64,000 bases of DNA from an uncultured delta proteobacterium (lineage in GTDB: Bacteria; Desulfobacterota; Desulfomonilia; UBA1062): positions 275,055 through 339,054 of the forward strand of contig CAVVYZ010000017.1 of the NCBI GenBank assembly GCA_963752595.1, read 5' to 3'. The notes beneath the pieces were generated by a model. That model saw only the letters and a list, made by a program, of their open reading frames with translations. It searched no databases and was not told where the DNA came from. Made by a program: the position numbers and the translations under genes. Positions 1 through 8,781 of the stretch are shown here, piece by piece. Numbering within the stretch: the stretch's first letter is position 1; every line of letters begins with the position of its first letter.

Positions 1-20
1 GACTCTTTCCCCTCAAGGGT

Positions 21-1097
21 TCAGTCCGATATCTTCACGCGCCAGCCGAAGGGATCTGTCTTTTCTCCATACTGGATCTGCAAGATCTCGTTATACAAGC
101 GTTCCGTTAGGGTCCCGGTCTTGCCACCGTTGATGAGGTGCTCTTTCCCCTGATAATAGATCTGGCCGATAGGAGAGACAATGGCCGCCGTACCTGAAGC
201 AAACGCCTCTTTCACTGTCCCATCAGCAATCCCGGAAATAATCTCACTCATGGCCGGTGCCCGTTCCGTCACCTTCACGCCCCAGCTCCGCGCCAGTTGG
301 ATGACGGAATCCCGGGTGACACCGGGGAGAATCGAACCTGAGAGCGGCGGTGTAAAAAGTTCATCGCCGATCACGAAGAAGGCGTTGCTCGTCCCCACCT
401 CTTCCACATATTTCCGTTCAACGGCATCCAGCCAAAGGACCTGCGTATACCCCATATCCTTGGCCTTCTGGCTTGCGTAGAGGCTGGCGGCATAATTCCC
501 CGCATTTTTGCAGTTTCCGACACCGCCGCGAACGGCCCGGACGTAATCCTCGCTGACGTAGATCTTCGTCGGACTGAATCCCTCCGGATAGTAAGCCCCA
601 ACAGGACCGACAATGATGAAGAAAAGATACTGATTTGCCGGGTGGACCCCCAAGGCCGCTTCCGTGGCGATCATGGTCGGGCGGATATACAGGGATGTCC
701 CGGCGCCGCGAGGAATCCAGTCCTGTTCCAGAAGGACAAGTTTTCTCATGCCCTCCATAAACAGCTCCGGATCGATTGTGGCCATGCATAGGCGCTCTGC
801 CGAGGCATTCATCCGCTTGATGTTTTCCATGGGCCGGAACAGGTAGATGCTCCCATCCTTTCCGCGATAGGCCTTCAGTCCTTCAAAGATTTCCTGGCCA
901 TAGTGGAGACTCATGGCCGTGGGGTCGAGGACGATCGGACCATAAGGGCCGATGACGGGTTCATGCCAACCCTTGCCGGTCTTATATTTTACCGTAAACA
1001 TATGATCCGTAAAGATCTGCCCGAAGCCCAGTTTGGATTCATTTGCCGGTTTTGCCTTCAGCTTGTCCGGTGCACATTTTGTGATTTTGATATCCAT
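21..1097 (-). CDS. ilvE: Branched-chain amino acid aminotransferase
   Basis: Class IV PLP aminotransferase motifs: LHYGQEIFEGLKAY, LYIRP, K.AGNYAASL, EEVGTSN, ILPGVTRDS, GTAAIVSPI. Confidence 0.95.
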   Translation of the reverse strand: MDIKITKCAPDKLKAKPANESKLGFGQIFTDHMFTVKYKTGKGWHEPVIGPYGPIVLDPTAMSLHYGQEIFEGLKAYRGKDGSIYLFRPMENIKRMNASAERLCMATIDPELFMEGMRKLVLLEQDWIPRGAGTSLYIRPTMIATEAALGVHPANQYLFFIIVGPVGAYYPEGFSPTKIYVSEDYVRAVRGGVGNCKNAGNYAASLYASQKAKDMGYTQVLWLDAVERKYVEEVGTSNAFFVIGDELFTPPLSGSILPGVTRDSVIQLARSWGVKVTERAPAMSEIISGIADGTVKEAFASGTAAIVSPIGQIYYQGKEHLINGGKTGTLTERLYNEILQIQYGEKTDPFGWRVKISD

Positions 1098-1148
1098 AAA
1101 GATTCTCCCCTATGAGTTTTCGGCCCTTAATCCCACACTTTTCTATCA

Positions 1149-1340
1149 CTATATCATCTTCCGATCAAGTTTTCTGTATTGAATGGCCTCGGCGACATGA
1201 GATGACTGGATCTCCTTCACCGCTTCAAGGTCCGCGACGGTCCTGGCCACTTTCAGGATTCTCGTGTATGCTCCTGCGCTGAGCCTCAGCTTGTCCATGG
1301 CATTTTCGATGAGTTCCCGGAAAGCGCCGTCAATTGTAAA
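1149..1340 (-). pseudogene. comM: 3' remnant of ComM/YifB-family Mg-chelatase-like helicase
   Basis: Manual translation (absent from the ORF track): [63 protein letters not shown]. This matches the ComM C-terminal signature [18 protein letters not shown]...HI.EAIQYR. No N-terminal part upstream. Confidence 0.8.
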
Positions 1341-1409
1341 AATGGACCGCTCCCCTTGAGCCTCTTGACAAAGGATATCATGCGGCTATTTTTTGGCAGA
1401 GAGGACTTG

Positions 1410-4400
1410 ATGAATACCTATGAAATGCGCTGTGCCGGTTGCGGTATGGCGATTGGTCGGGGGGATAGATTCTGCAGGTTCTGCGGCGTATCTCAGGCGA
1501 GCAGAGCGGGCACTCAGGAGCATCGCTACATTACCGCCCTGTATTCGGACTTGAACCGCTATACATCCCTTTCAGCTATCCTTGACCCTGAGGAATTGAA
1601 ATCAATCATGGGTTCCATTTTCCAGGAGGCAACCCGCACCATAACTTCATTTGGCGGGGTTATCGAAAAATTCTCTGGTGATGCGGTTGTTGCCCTGTTC
1701 GGCGTTCATCTCATACACGAGGACGATATCGTCCGGGCTATCCGTTCAGCCATTACACTCCATGCGTTCGTTCAAAAAGAAATGGGGAATCGATCGGGAG
1801 AACAGTTCACGATGCATACAGGGATTCATACGGGAACCGCCCTCGTAGATCAGGAGACAGGCAATAACCTTTGTCTCGGCGCCATGGGCATGCCGATCAA
1901 CATTGCTGCAAGGCTCTCAAGCATTGCCGCACCGGGAGAAATCCTCATAGATGATTCCTCCCGGAATGAGGCCGAAAGATTTTTCCATACCGAGTTTGTC
2001 GGGAACAAAATTCTGAAAGGCATCAAAGAGCCGGTATCTGCCTATCGGGTTCATTCAATGAGGCGGATACCCTTGAGCATCCATCGGCCGGCCGGTATCC
2101 CTTCGCCCATGGTCGGCAGGGAAGAGCAGATGGCATTGCTCATGAATGCACGGAACAATCTGCTGCGAGGGCGTGGAGCTTATATAGTGATTTCCGGAGA
2201 GGCAGGAGTGGGGAAGAGCAGGCTGATCCACGAGTTCTTCTGTTCTCTGCCGGATGAAGTCGCTTCATTCACTATTCAATGCCTCGATCATATGAAGGAT
2301 ACCCCATACTACCCGGTCATATCCATGATCAGGCAGATGGTCGGCATGATGGGCGAAAATGGAATCGACCTTGACCGGATAATCGAAGAGCAGCTTACCA
2401 ATCCGAGACATGCATTTCACATCAGAACCCTGCTGGGGAGCGTGCAGGAGTGTGAAGATCTCATGCCCGATATCTGGAAGACTGAGATTTTTGAAGCATT
2501 ATCGGCTTTAATGCTTTCTTTTTCTCAAACCCGGCCGTTGGCTCTCTGCATCGAGGATATACACTGGGCAGATCCAACCACCAAAGATCTCCTGCACAAC
2601 CTCATTCTTTCCGATGCCGGAGGCATTCAATGCCTGTTCGTCGTAACGTCGAGGGAGGAGCATCGAATGCATGCTTCGGGAATAACCATACCTCTTAAAG
2701 AACTGTCCAGGGAGAATACCGGAAATTTGATCATGGATATGCTGGGAGGTCTGGGCATATCCAATGAAGCTGTCGATTCCTTGTATAGAAGGACAGGAGG
2801 AAACCCATTCTACATTGAGGAATATACCTCCTTTTTACGGGAAAAGGGCATATCGCTCCTCATGACAGTGGCTGGGGAAAACACCAGGGCAATACCTTCA
2901 ACGATCCAAGGGCTTATTACAGCCAGACTGGACAACTTGGGAGCTTCCTGCAGGAATCTCTTACAGGCAGCCTCCATCATCGGGATGGTCTTTTCTCCCT
3001 CACTCCTTGAGGCGATATCTTCCAATGAACAGGAGATACCTGCATCACTTGAAACCCTTGAGAAGGCTGGATTCATAATAAGCACCCGTTCGGATGAATA
3101 CCGTTTCCGCCATGCCCTCACCAGGGAAGTTGTCTCCATGGCCCTGCTGAAGAGGAACAGAGGAGATCTCCACCGCAAGATAGGCCTTCATCTTGAGATG
3201 TCATCTAAGAGCAGGACGGAAAACTGCGGTATGATCGCATACCACTTATTCCATGCTCTGGAGCATGCAAGGGCATATCCCTACTGTATGCTCTCTGCAA
3301 GGACATATCAGGCAGAGGGTTCTTGGATCGAAGCATCGGCTCATTACCGGATGGCCCAGCTTTGCCTGGAAAAATCTCAAGATTACCCGGATCGTGATGA
3401 TCTGCTCATCAAGATAGGCGAAGGGATATGGTCCTGCTCAAGGATATTCAATCCGGATCAGGCCATTTCTGCCCTGGAAAATCTTATTTGCCTGTATAGG
3501 AAAGCAGGGCATAAAAACCAGGAGATCTTCTCGCAGATCCGTTTGATCAACCTCTATTCACAGAAGGGGTTATTCCAAAAGGCACTGGATGCCTTTGATG
3601 ATGTGGTGTCCAAGGCTTATGGAAATGATTTTTTGATTGCTGCTGCCAAGACATCCGTTGCATACACCTATACCTACCTCGGGAAGCCTATGACAGCCCT
3701 CAAATACCTCGAGGAGGCACGGAACAGGCTCGACTCTTCAGACAGATTTCTCCTTTCAGTCAACTATCTTACCGCGCTTGCCGCAAGCATATGGAGGGGA
3801 AGTATGACCGATGCCCTTGCCTGGTATTCCCGGATGAAAGAGCAGAGCTCTCCTTATATGGATCTCGACCTCATGGCCGAGGTATGGCATGGGTATATTC
3901 TTTTTCTCAAGGGCGATATCCTTGACGGGCAGAGGATATTCGATGAGGTCAGGGAAAAAGAAAAGAAACTGGGCTGCCTTGCGGGAGGATTTTCATATCT
4001 CCGTATCCAGAGTTCCATCTACCTGTATTCCCGATACTCGGGCTGTCTTGAAAAGGCCCAGGAAGAGCTTGAAAAACTGGAGGAATCAACAGTCCATGAG
4101 TCCTCTCCTTCTGCACTGCTCAGCCTCTACAGGGCATGGATCGGTATTGAACAGGGACAGTACCAAATGGTAAGGGATTTAATCGAAAACGCACTGCCTC
4201 ATCTCGAAGCAGGTATTGCCAACAGGGTGCCCTATGCCCTCAATGCACTTGCAGAAGCACTTTTAAGTCTTGGGGATCTTACGAAAGCCTCTGAAATTGC
4301 GAGCAGAAGCATAGACTGGAATTGCGAAAATGGAAATATGGACCAGCTGATCTGGGCACGAAGAATCATGGGGTGTATTTATCTCCGCCAGGACAGGAAG

Positions 4401-4628
4401 GATGCTGCGGAGGATTCCTTATCGACAGCTTCCCGCCTTGCCTGGGAAATGAAAATGAAGCCTCATGTCGCCTGGACAGTCGGATCCTGGGGAGACCTCC
4501 ATGCGTCAAGCGGAAAATGGAAAAAAGCCAAATCGTGCTATGCAAGAGCGATCACCCTGTGGAGGGGCATGGGGAATACTTATCAGGCTGAAAAAATCGA
4601 GGCGGTACTGACACGTCTGCCCACCTGA
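1410..4628 (+). CDS. Zn-ribbon + class III adenylate/guanylate cyclase + STAND-type (AAA_16) NTPase + TPR protein
   Basis: CxxC...CxxC at the N-terminus; cyclase motifs ALYSDL, IEKFSGDA, INIAARL; Walker A GEAGVGKS; Walker B LCIEDIHWAD; TGGNPFYIEE; helical TPR-like C-terminal half. Start placed at ATG 1410 after GAGGA. Confidence 0.85.
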   Translation: MNTYEMRCAGCGMAIGRGDRFCRFCGVSQASRAGTQEHRYITALYSDLNRYTSLSAILDPEELKSIMGSIFQEATRTITSFGGVIEKFSGDAVVALFGVHLIHEDDIVRAIRSAITLHAFVQKEMGNRSGEQFTMHTGIHTGTALVDQETGNNLCLGAMGMPINIAARLSSIAAPGEILIDDSSRNEAERFFHTEFVGNKILKGIKEPVSAYRVHSMRRIPLSIHRPAGIPSPMVGREEQMALLMNARNNLLRGRGAYIVISGEAGVGKSRLIHEFFCSLPDEVASFTIQCLDHMKDTPYYPVISMIRQMVGMMGENGIDLDRIIEEQLTNPRHAFHIRTLLGSVQECEDLMPDIWKTEIFEALSALMLSFSQTRPLALCIEDIHWADPTTKDLLHNLILSDAGGIQCLFVVTSREEHRMHASGITIPLKELSRENTGNLIMDMLGGLGISNEAVDSLYRRTGGNPFYIEEYTSFLREKGISLLMTVAGENTRAIPSTIQGLITARLDNLGASCRNLLQAASIIGMVFSPSLLEAISSNEQEIPASLETLEKAGFIISTRSDEYRFRHALTREVVSMALLKRNRGDLHRKIGLHLEMSSKSRTENCGMIAYHLFHALEHARAYPYCMLSARTYQAEGSWIEASAHYRMAQLCLEKSQDYPDRDDLLIKIGEGIWSCSRIFNPDQAISALENLICLYRKAGHKNQEIFSQIRLINLYSQKGLFQKALDAFDDVVSKAYGNDFLIAAAKTSVAYTYTYLGKPMTALKYLEEARNRLDSSDRFLLSVNYLTALAASIWRGSMTDALAWYSRMKEQSSPYMDLDLMAEVWHGYILFLKGDILDGQRIFDEVREKEKKLGCLAGGFSYLRIQSSIYLYSRYSGCLEKAQEELEKLEESTVHESSPSALLSLYRAWIGIEQGQYQMVRDLIENALPHLEAGIANRVPYALNALAEALLSLGDLTKASEIASRSIDWNCENGNMDQLIWARRIMGCIYLRQDRKDAAEDSLSTASRLAWEMKMKPHVAWTVGSWGDLHASSGKWKKAKSCYARAITLWRGMGNTYQAEKIEAVLTRLPT

Positions 4629-4899
4629 TATATCAGGTGGAAATCTGCCTTTATCTTTCGAAAATACCGTCAGGATATTTTTATCTCTCATGTTTTCAAT
4701 GATCGAATCGATACGGATTATATAAAGGCAGGAGAATTGCCGGTACGGTTCTTTGACAATTGAGCGGGGCATGCCATGTGTATTCTTTGTCCCAGAGAAT
4801 AGACATGGGTAAAAGAGTAACTACAAGCAGACGGAACGTCGAAAGAAATCAAAACGGGGGTATGGGCAAAGGCCGTCACAAGATTGCTCATATTCTCAT

Positions 4900-4980
4900 T
4901 CACAAGCCAAACCACAGGTAACTGTGGGACGGAAAGCCTAGGGTCCGTACCGATCAATGGGCGGACAGCCGGGTTGCCTC
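4900..4980 (+). ncRNA. c-di-GMP-I (GEMM) riboswitch aptamer, copy 1
   Basis: GCCAAA-CCACAG-GTAA-CTGTGG-GACGGAAAGCC...GGGTCCG...CGGACAGCCGGGTTGCC: P2 with GNRA loop, GGAAAG junction, P3 and GGTTGCC end, as in deltaproteobacterial GEMM-I RNAs. Confidence 0.88.
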
Positions 4981-5066
4981 CTTCACTGCCACACCATGGG
5001 TAACCATGGGCCGGAAAGCCAAGGGTCCGAAAAGAGTGCTCGGACAGCCGGGTTGCCTGAGAAGGA
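4979..5066 (+). ncRNA. c-di-GMP-I (GEMM) riboswitch aptamer, copy 2
   Basis: GCCACA-CCATGG-GTAA-CCATGG-GCCGGAAAGCC...GGGTCCGA...TCGGACAGCCGGGTTGCC. P1 can form as TCCTTC (4979-4984) / GAAGGA (5061-5066). Confidence 0.88.
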
Positions 5067-5079
5067 TTCACCAGCACAG

Positions 5080-5162
5080 TCACTCTAGCCACACCATGGG
5101 TAACCATGGGCCGGAAAGCCGCGGGTCCACCCTGAAAGTGGACAGCCGGGTTGCCTGGAGAA
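5080..5162 (+). ncRNA. c-di-GMP-I (GEMM) riboswitch aptamer, copy 3
   Basis: Same P2 as copy 2 (CCATGG-GTAA-CCATGG), GGAAAGCC, P3 GTCCAC...GTGGAC, CAGCCGGGTTGCC. Ends ~15 nt before the SD AAGGAG. Confidence 0.88.
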
Positions 5163-5182
5163 CTTATCAGAAAGGAGTTCCA

Positions 5183-5680
5183 ATGAAGAAAACAAGCCTA
5201 TTTGCTGCTCTCTATATGATCGGACTGCTTTTGTTACCGCAGGCAGGATCAGCCAAAATGGTGGCTCTGTCAGACAACACCTTGAGCGAAGTCGTCGGTC
5301 AGGCGGGGATTGCGAATGATGCAATCCACGCGGCATTCGACTCGCATTTTGACAATGTATCGACGATGAACGGGATTTTGAATCTGAGCGATGTAACGAT
5401 CAGGGGTTCTGTAGACATTAGGGATGTAAACGCGATGAATATAACCATGGTCAATCAATTGACGAATCCCGGTCTTTCGAGTCTTCCCTGTTTCGGGATG
5501 ATGGGACTTGGGTCAATGGGCCTCGGAACCCACGTTATCGATATGGCCACCAACATCGACCAGTTTTCTATCGGCGCCATCCGCATAGGGAGAGATACGA
5601 CTAGTCCCAGCCTCGGCAGTATCGACATATTGGATATGCACGTAGATATCAAAGGGACAGTATCAATTACGGCGCGCTAG
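5183..5680 (+). CDS. Secreted DUF6160/FilA-like protein
   Basis: SD AAAGGAG, Sec signal peptide, then MVALSDNTLSEVVGQAGI (typical DUF6160 N-terminal motif) and a beta-rich C-terminus SLGSIDI...KGTVSITAR. Confidence 0.7.
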   Translation: MKKTSLFAALYMIGLLLLPQAGSAKMVALSDNTLSEVVGQAGIANDAIHAAFDSHFDNVSTMNGILNLSDVTIRGSVDIRDVNAMNITMVNQLTNPGLSSLPCFGMMGLGSMGLGTHVIDMATNIDQFSIGAIRIGRDTTSPSLGSIDILDMHVDIKGTVSITAR

Positions 5681-5700
5681 AAGCTTCGTGTTGCTCTTTT

Positions 5701-5759
5701 ACCTGCCTCTTTTGAATTACGGATGAGCGGCAGCCTTCCAAAGAGAGGCAGGTTCTTTA
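5701..5759. terminator. Long hairpin between convergent genes
   Basis: ACCTGCCTCT (5701-5710) / AGAGGCAGGT (5744-5753), followed by TCTTT. Confidence 0.45.
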
Positions 5760-5763
5760 TGAG

Positions 5764-6564
5764 TTATTGGCGGATAAGGCGGTATTTCCTGATATCACAG
5801 GGATCGACCTCGTACGAGCACCGTACGGGATTGATGTCGATCCCTCCCCGCCTCGTGTAGAAGCATCCGACCAGCAGCTCTTCCGGTGTGCCCCGGGAGA
5901 GAAAGTCCAGAAATATCTTTTCGCAGCACTCCTCTGCGAATCCCTCATGATCCCGGTATGAGCAGAGGTATTTGAGGAGTGCCGGATGATCGACCTTCCT
6001 CCCTCGATACTCGATGAAAACACTGGCCCAGTCAGGCTGGCGGGTGATGGGGCAGTAAGATTTAAACAGATGGGAGGAAAGGATCTCGTGTCCTGTTTCT
6101 TCTTGTACGGCAAGGAGATTTGGGTCGACTCCATGGGAGCGGATATCGACGTCGAGATCATCTATGCAAACCCCCGGGAAGGTGTTTTCCCAGGGAATAT
6201 TCTCGCCCCCTCCAGCCTTACGGATGGAAACGTCTATCCAGGGTGTAGATAGGATTTTCTCGAGATCCCGATCGATTACGGATCCGATCTCCTCCGTGGT
6301 AGAGAAAGACGTGTTTGAAAGGCTTCCCAGGTAGAGTTTCAGTGATTTCGATTCAACGATATTCATGCTCCGGACTGGATAGACGATCTCTATGATCCCA
6401 ACCTCGGGCTTGCCTCTGTGATTGAGCCAGGAGAGCTCATAGCACCTCCAGAGATCGAACCCGTGGAGAACCTCCTTACTTCGAATCCTGGGGATGGCAT
6501 AGAGAATTGAAGGATCATATGAACGGGGAGCGGCAACTTTTTTACCCAGGAGGATATCATTCAT
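5764..6564 (-). CDS. queF: NADPH-dependent 7-cyano-7-deazaguanine reductase (long form)
   Basis: DLWRCYELSWLN, VESKSLKLYL QueF motif, catalytic CPITRQPDWAS, YTRRGGIDINP, RLIRQ end. Confidence 0.95.
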   Translation of the reverse strand: MNDILLGKKVAAPRSYDPSILYAIPRIRSKEVLHGFDLWRCYELSWLNHRGKPEVGIIEIVYPVRSMNIVESKSLKLYLGSLSNTSFSTTEEIGSVIDRDLEKILSTPWIDVSIRKAGGGENIPWENTFPGVCIDDLDVDIRSHGVDPNLLAVQEETGHEILSSHLFKSYCPITRQPDWASVFIEYRGRKVDHPALLKYLCSYRDHEGFAEECCEKIFLDFLSRGTPEELLVGCFYTRRGGIDINPVRCSYEVDPCDIRKYRLIRQ

Positions 6565-7220
6565 TTTTCATACTCCGTGGGATCGAGGTCCTGCTCAAAG
6601 CCGAGAGCCACCTTTCTTTCGAGACAGGTGGCACATTTTCCGCAGTGAAGTTCCTGTCCCTTGTAACAGGAGAAGGTCATTCGAAAATCGAAATCCAGGC
6701 TTCTGCCAAGCTCGGCTATGCGTTTTTTATCATAGGATGCAAACGGGGCGAGGATAGACACCCCGGTGAACGTTCCTTCCTGTGCAGCCTTTGACATGGC
6801 CTCGGTAAAACCAGGTCTGCAGTCCGGATAAATGGGGTGGTCCCCGCTGTGGGAGGCGATGAGCACGATGGATATCTCAAGGTTCTCGGCGTATCCTGCC
6901 GCGATGGAGAGCATGATCCCGTTTCGGAAGGGTACAACGGTGGATGAGATATTGTCTTCTGCATACGGACCTTCGGGGATCTCTTCCCCTGATGCAAGGA
7001 GTGATGACGAGAAGAGCTCGTTGATGAAGGGAAGTTCTATCTTCTTCAACTCTGCACCGTAGTAACGGGCAAGCTCCTCTGTCTTTCTGTATTCCCTGGC
7101 AGCGTGCTTTGACCCGTAATTGAAATAGAGGCCGTGGATCCGCTCATACCTGTCCCTTGACCATGCGAGCAGAACACCTGAATCCATGCCTCCTGAGAGA
7201 AGGATTACTGCATCGCCCAT
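6561..7220 (-). CDS. queC: 7-cyano-7-deazaguanine synthase
   Basis: LSGGMDS, VPFRNGIMLS, YPDCRP, SCY...HCGKCATC. Confidence 0.95.
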   Translation of the reverse strand: MGDAVILLSGGMDSGVLLAWSRDRYERIHGLYFNYGSKHAAREYRKTEELARYYGAELKKIELPFINELFSSSLLASGEEIPEGPYAEDNISSTVVPFRNGIMLSIAAGYAENLEISIVLIASHSGDHPIYPDCRPGFTEAMSKAAQEGTFTGVSILAPFASYDKKRIAELGRSLDFDFRMTFSCYKGQELHCGKCATCLERKVALGFEQDLDPTEYEK

Positions 7221-7963
7221 CAGACTCCCCTCCTTGCATCAAAGGCCAGGACATGGAGCCGCGGCGACATCCGGTACCCTTTCCGGAGGCAGTAACCGAA
7301 CACCGCCTCCATATTCCTGAGCTGGTCTTCCCTGGTTGCACCCAGCGGCATGACGAATACCTTTTCTCTGTCGATCCGGTTTGTCTCGATGAATCCTTCG
7401 ATTGCCTCCTGCCAGCCCGAGTCTCCGGCCAGGAATTTATAATAGTCGGCGCTGCTGAGATTATCCGGGTCAAAATGCCAGATCCCATCTAGGTACTTCG
7501 GGCTGCAGACGATGACTGCATCCTTGACGGAAGGAATCTTCACCTTGCCGCTCGTTTCATACTGCAACGCAAAGCCCTGCTGCAACAGTCCGGCATGGAG
7601 GTCTGAGAGACCGCTTTCCCACTGAAGAAAAGGCTCGCCTCCGGTTATGACTGCACGGAGGCAAGGGTAGGGCTGTAAGGTGAGGAGGATATCATCAATA
7701 CCCATTTCGCCGGCCTGGGTCAGTGCATACCTGGTATCGCACCAGGGACAATACGGCTCGATGCATCCCGATAAACGGATGAATACTGCAGGGAGGCCTA
7801 TCCATGGCCCTTCTCCCTGGAGGGAAGAGAAAATTTCCGAGACCTGCAGGGAAGTTTTTCTGGCATTTCCTATAGTGTTCTTCACAGGTTCCATCTGTCC
7901 TTTCCAAGACATATGAGGGATAATTTTTATCGCGGGATACCTCTCGTCCGCTTTTTTGCTCAT
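7220..7963 (-). CDS. queE: 7-carboxy-7-deazaguanine synthase (radical SAM); true start may be further downstream
   Basis: SEIFSSLQGEG, FIRLSGC, ITGGEP, ETSG, SPK, SPRLH; in an operon with queC/queF. Confidence 0.9.
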   Translation of the reverse strand: MSKKADERYPAIKIIPHMSWKGQMEPVKNTIGNARKTSLQVSEIFSSLQGEGPWIGLPAVFIRLSGCIEPYCPWCDTRYALTQAGEMGIDDILLTLQPYPCLRAVITGGEPFLQWESGLSDLHAGLLQQGFALQYETSGKVKIPSVKDAVIVCSPKYLDGIWHFDPDNLSSADYYKFLAGDSGWQEAIEGFIETNRIDREKVFVMPLGATREDQLRNMEAVFGYCLRKGYRMSPRLHVLAFDARRGV

Positions 7964-8092
7964 TATACTCTATAAGAGAAATCGTCAAGGGTAAGTGAAG
8001 TTTCGCATTCTGTGGCAGATAAGGCCTTTGCTTTATCAAAGATTTCTGTTAAGAGTTTATCGTAATAATACTATCATACATAGGGAGATGGT

Positions 8093-8773
8093 ATGAAGAT
8101 AATCGAACAAGCGATTCGGCGCGGAGAAAAGACATTAAGCGAATATGATTCCAAGAAAGTTCTGGAGGCATACTCCATCCCGGTCACCAAGGAGTTCATT
8201 GCCAAGAATATCACAGAGGCAAAGAAATATGCCCAGGAAATAGGGTATCCTGTTGTGCTCAAAGGTCACTCCAGCACATTGACACATAAAACAGAGCTCA
8301 ACATGATCGAGCTCAACCTCAAGGATGAGAAGGCCGTGGAAGAGGCGTATAAGGGCCTCGAGGAGAGGGGAAAGGGTCAGCTGGAAGGCGTCCTCGTACA
8401 GCAGATGATCAAGGGAGAGCGCGAGTTCGTGGCGGGCCTGATTCGCGATCCCCAGTTCGGCCCATGCGTCATGTTCGGCCTCGGCGGCATCTTTACCGAG
8501 GTTCTCAAGGACGTCACGTTCAGAGTCGCGCCTTTGGAGAAGAGGGATGCCCTGGAGATGATGAACGAGATCAAGGCGAAAAAGCTCCTGGACAATTTCA
8601 GGGGCAAGCCTGCGGTGAACCGGGACATCCTGGCCAACGCGCTCATCAACCTGGGAAGGATCGGTCTGGAGATACCCGAGATTGCCGAGATCGACATCAA
8701 CCCGATGATTATTTTCAATGATACTCCCGTTGCGGTTGACGCACTCGTAGTGCTGAAGGACCAGAAGAAATAA
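8093..8773 (+). CDS. ADP-forming acetate/acyl-CoA ligase beta subunit (ATP-grasp)
   Basis: LSEYDSKKVL, GYPVVLK, THKTE, RDPQFGPCVMFGLGGIFTEVLKDVTFR, EIDINP, AVDA. Confidence 0.88.
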   Translation: MKIIEQAIRRGEKTLSEYDSKKVLEAYSIPVTKEFIAKNITEAKKYAQEIGYPVVLKGHSSTLTHKTELNMIELNLKDEKAVEEAYKGLEERGKGQLEGVLVQQMIKGEREFVAGLIRDPQFGPCVMFGLGGIFTEVLKDVTFRVAPLEKRDALEMMNEIKAKKLLDNFRGKPAVNRDILANALINLGRIGLEIPEIAEIDINPMIIFNDTPVAVDALVVLKDQKK

Positions 8774-8781
8774 CAAGCTCC

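Noticed and set aside
4906-5155. Three ~70-bp direct repeats as a CRISPR array
   Set aside because: Units are too long, lack proper spacers and cas genes, and match GEMM aptamer structure.
5006-5182. N-terminal extension of the 224-aa ORF
   Set aside because: It overlaps the aptamers; the SD and signal peptide indicate a start at 5183.
5764-7963. que genes as a DNA 7-deazaguanine (dpd) modification system
   Set aside because: queF is present and no dpdA/tgt-like or other dpd genes are adjacent; consistent with ordinary queuosine synthesis.
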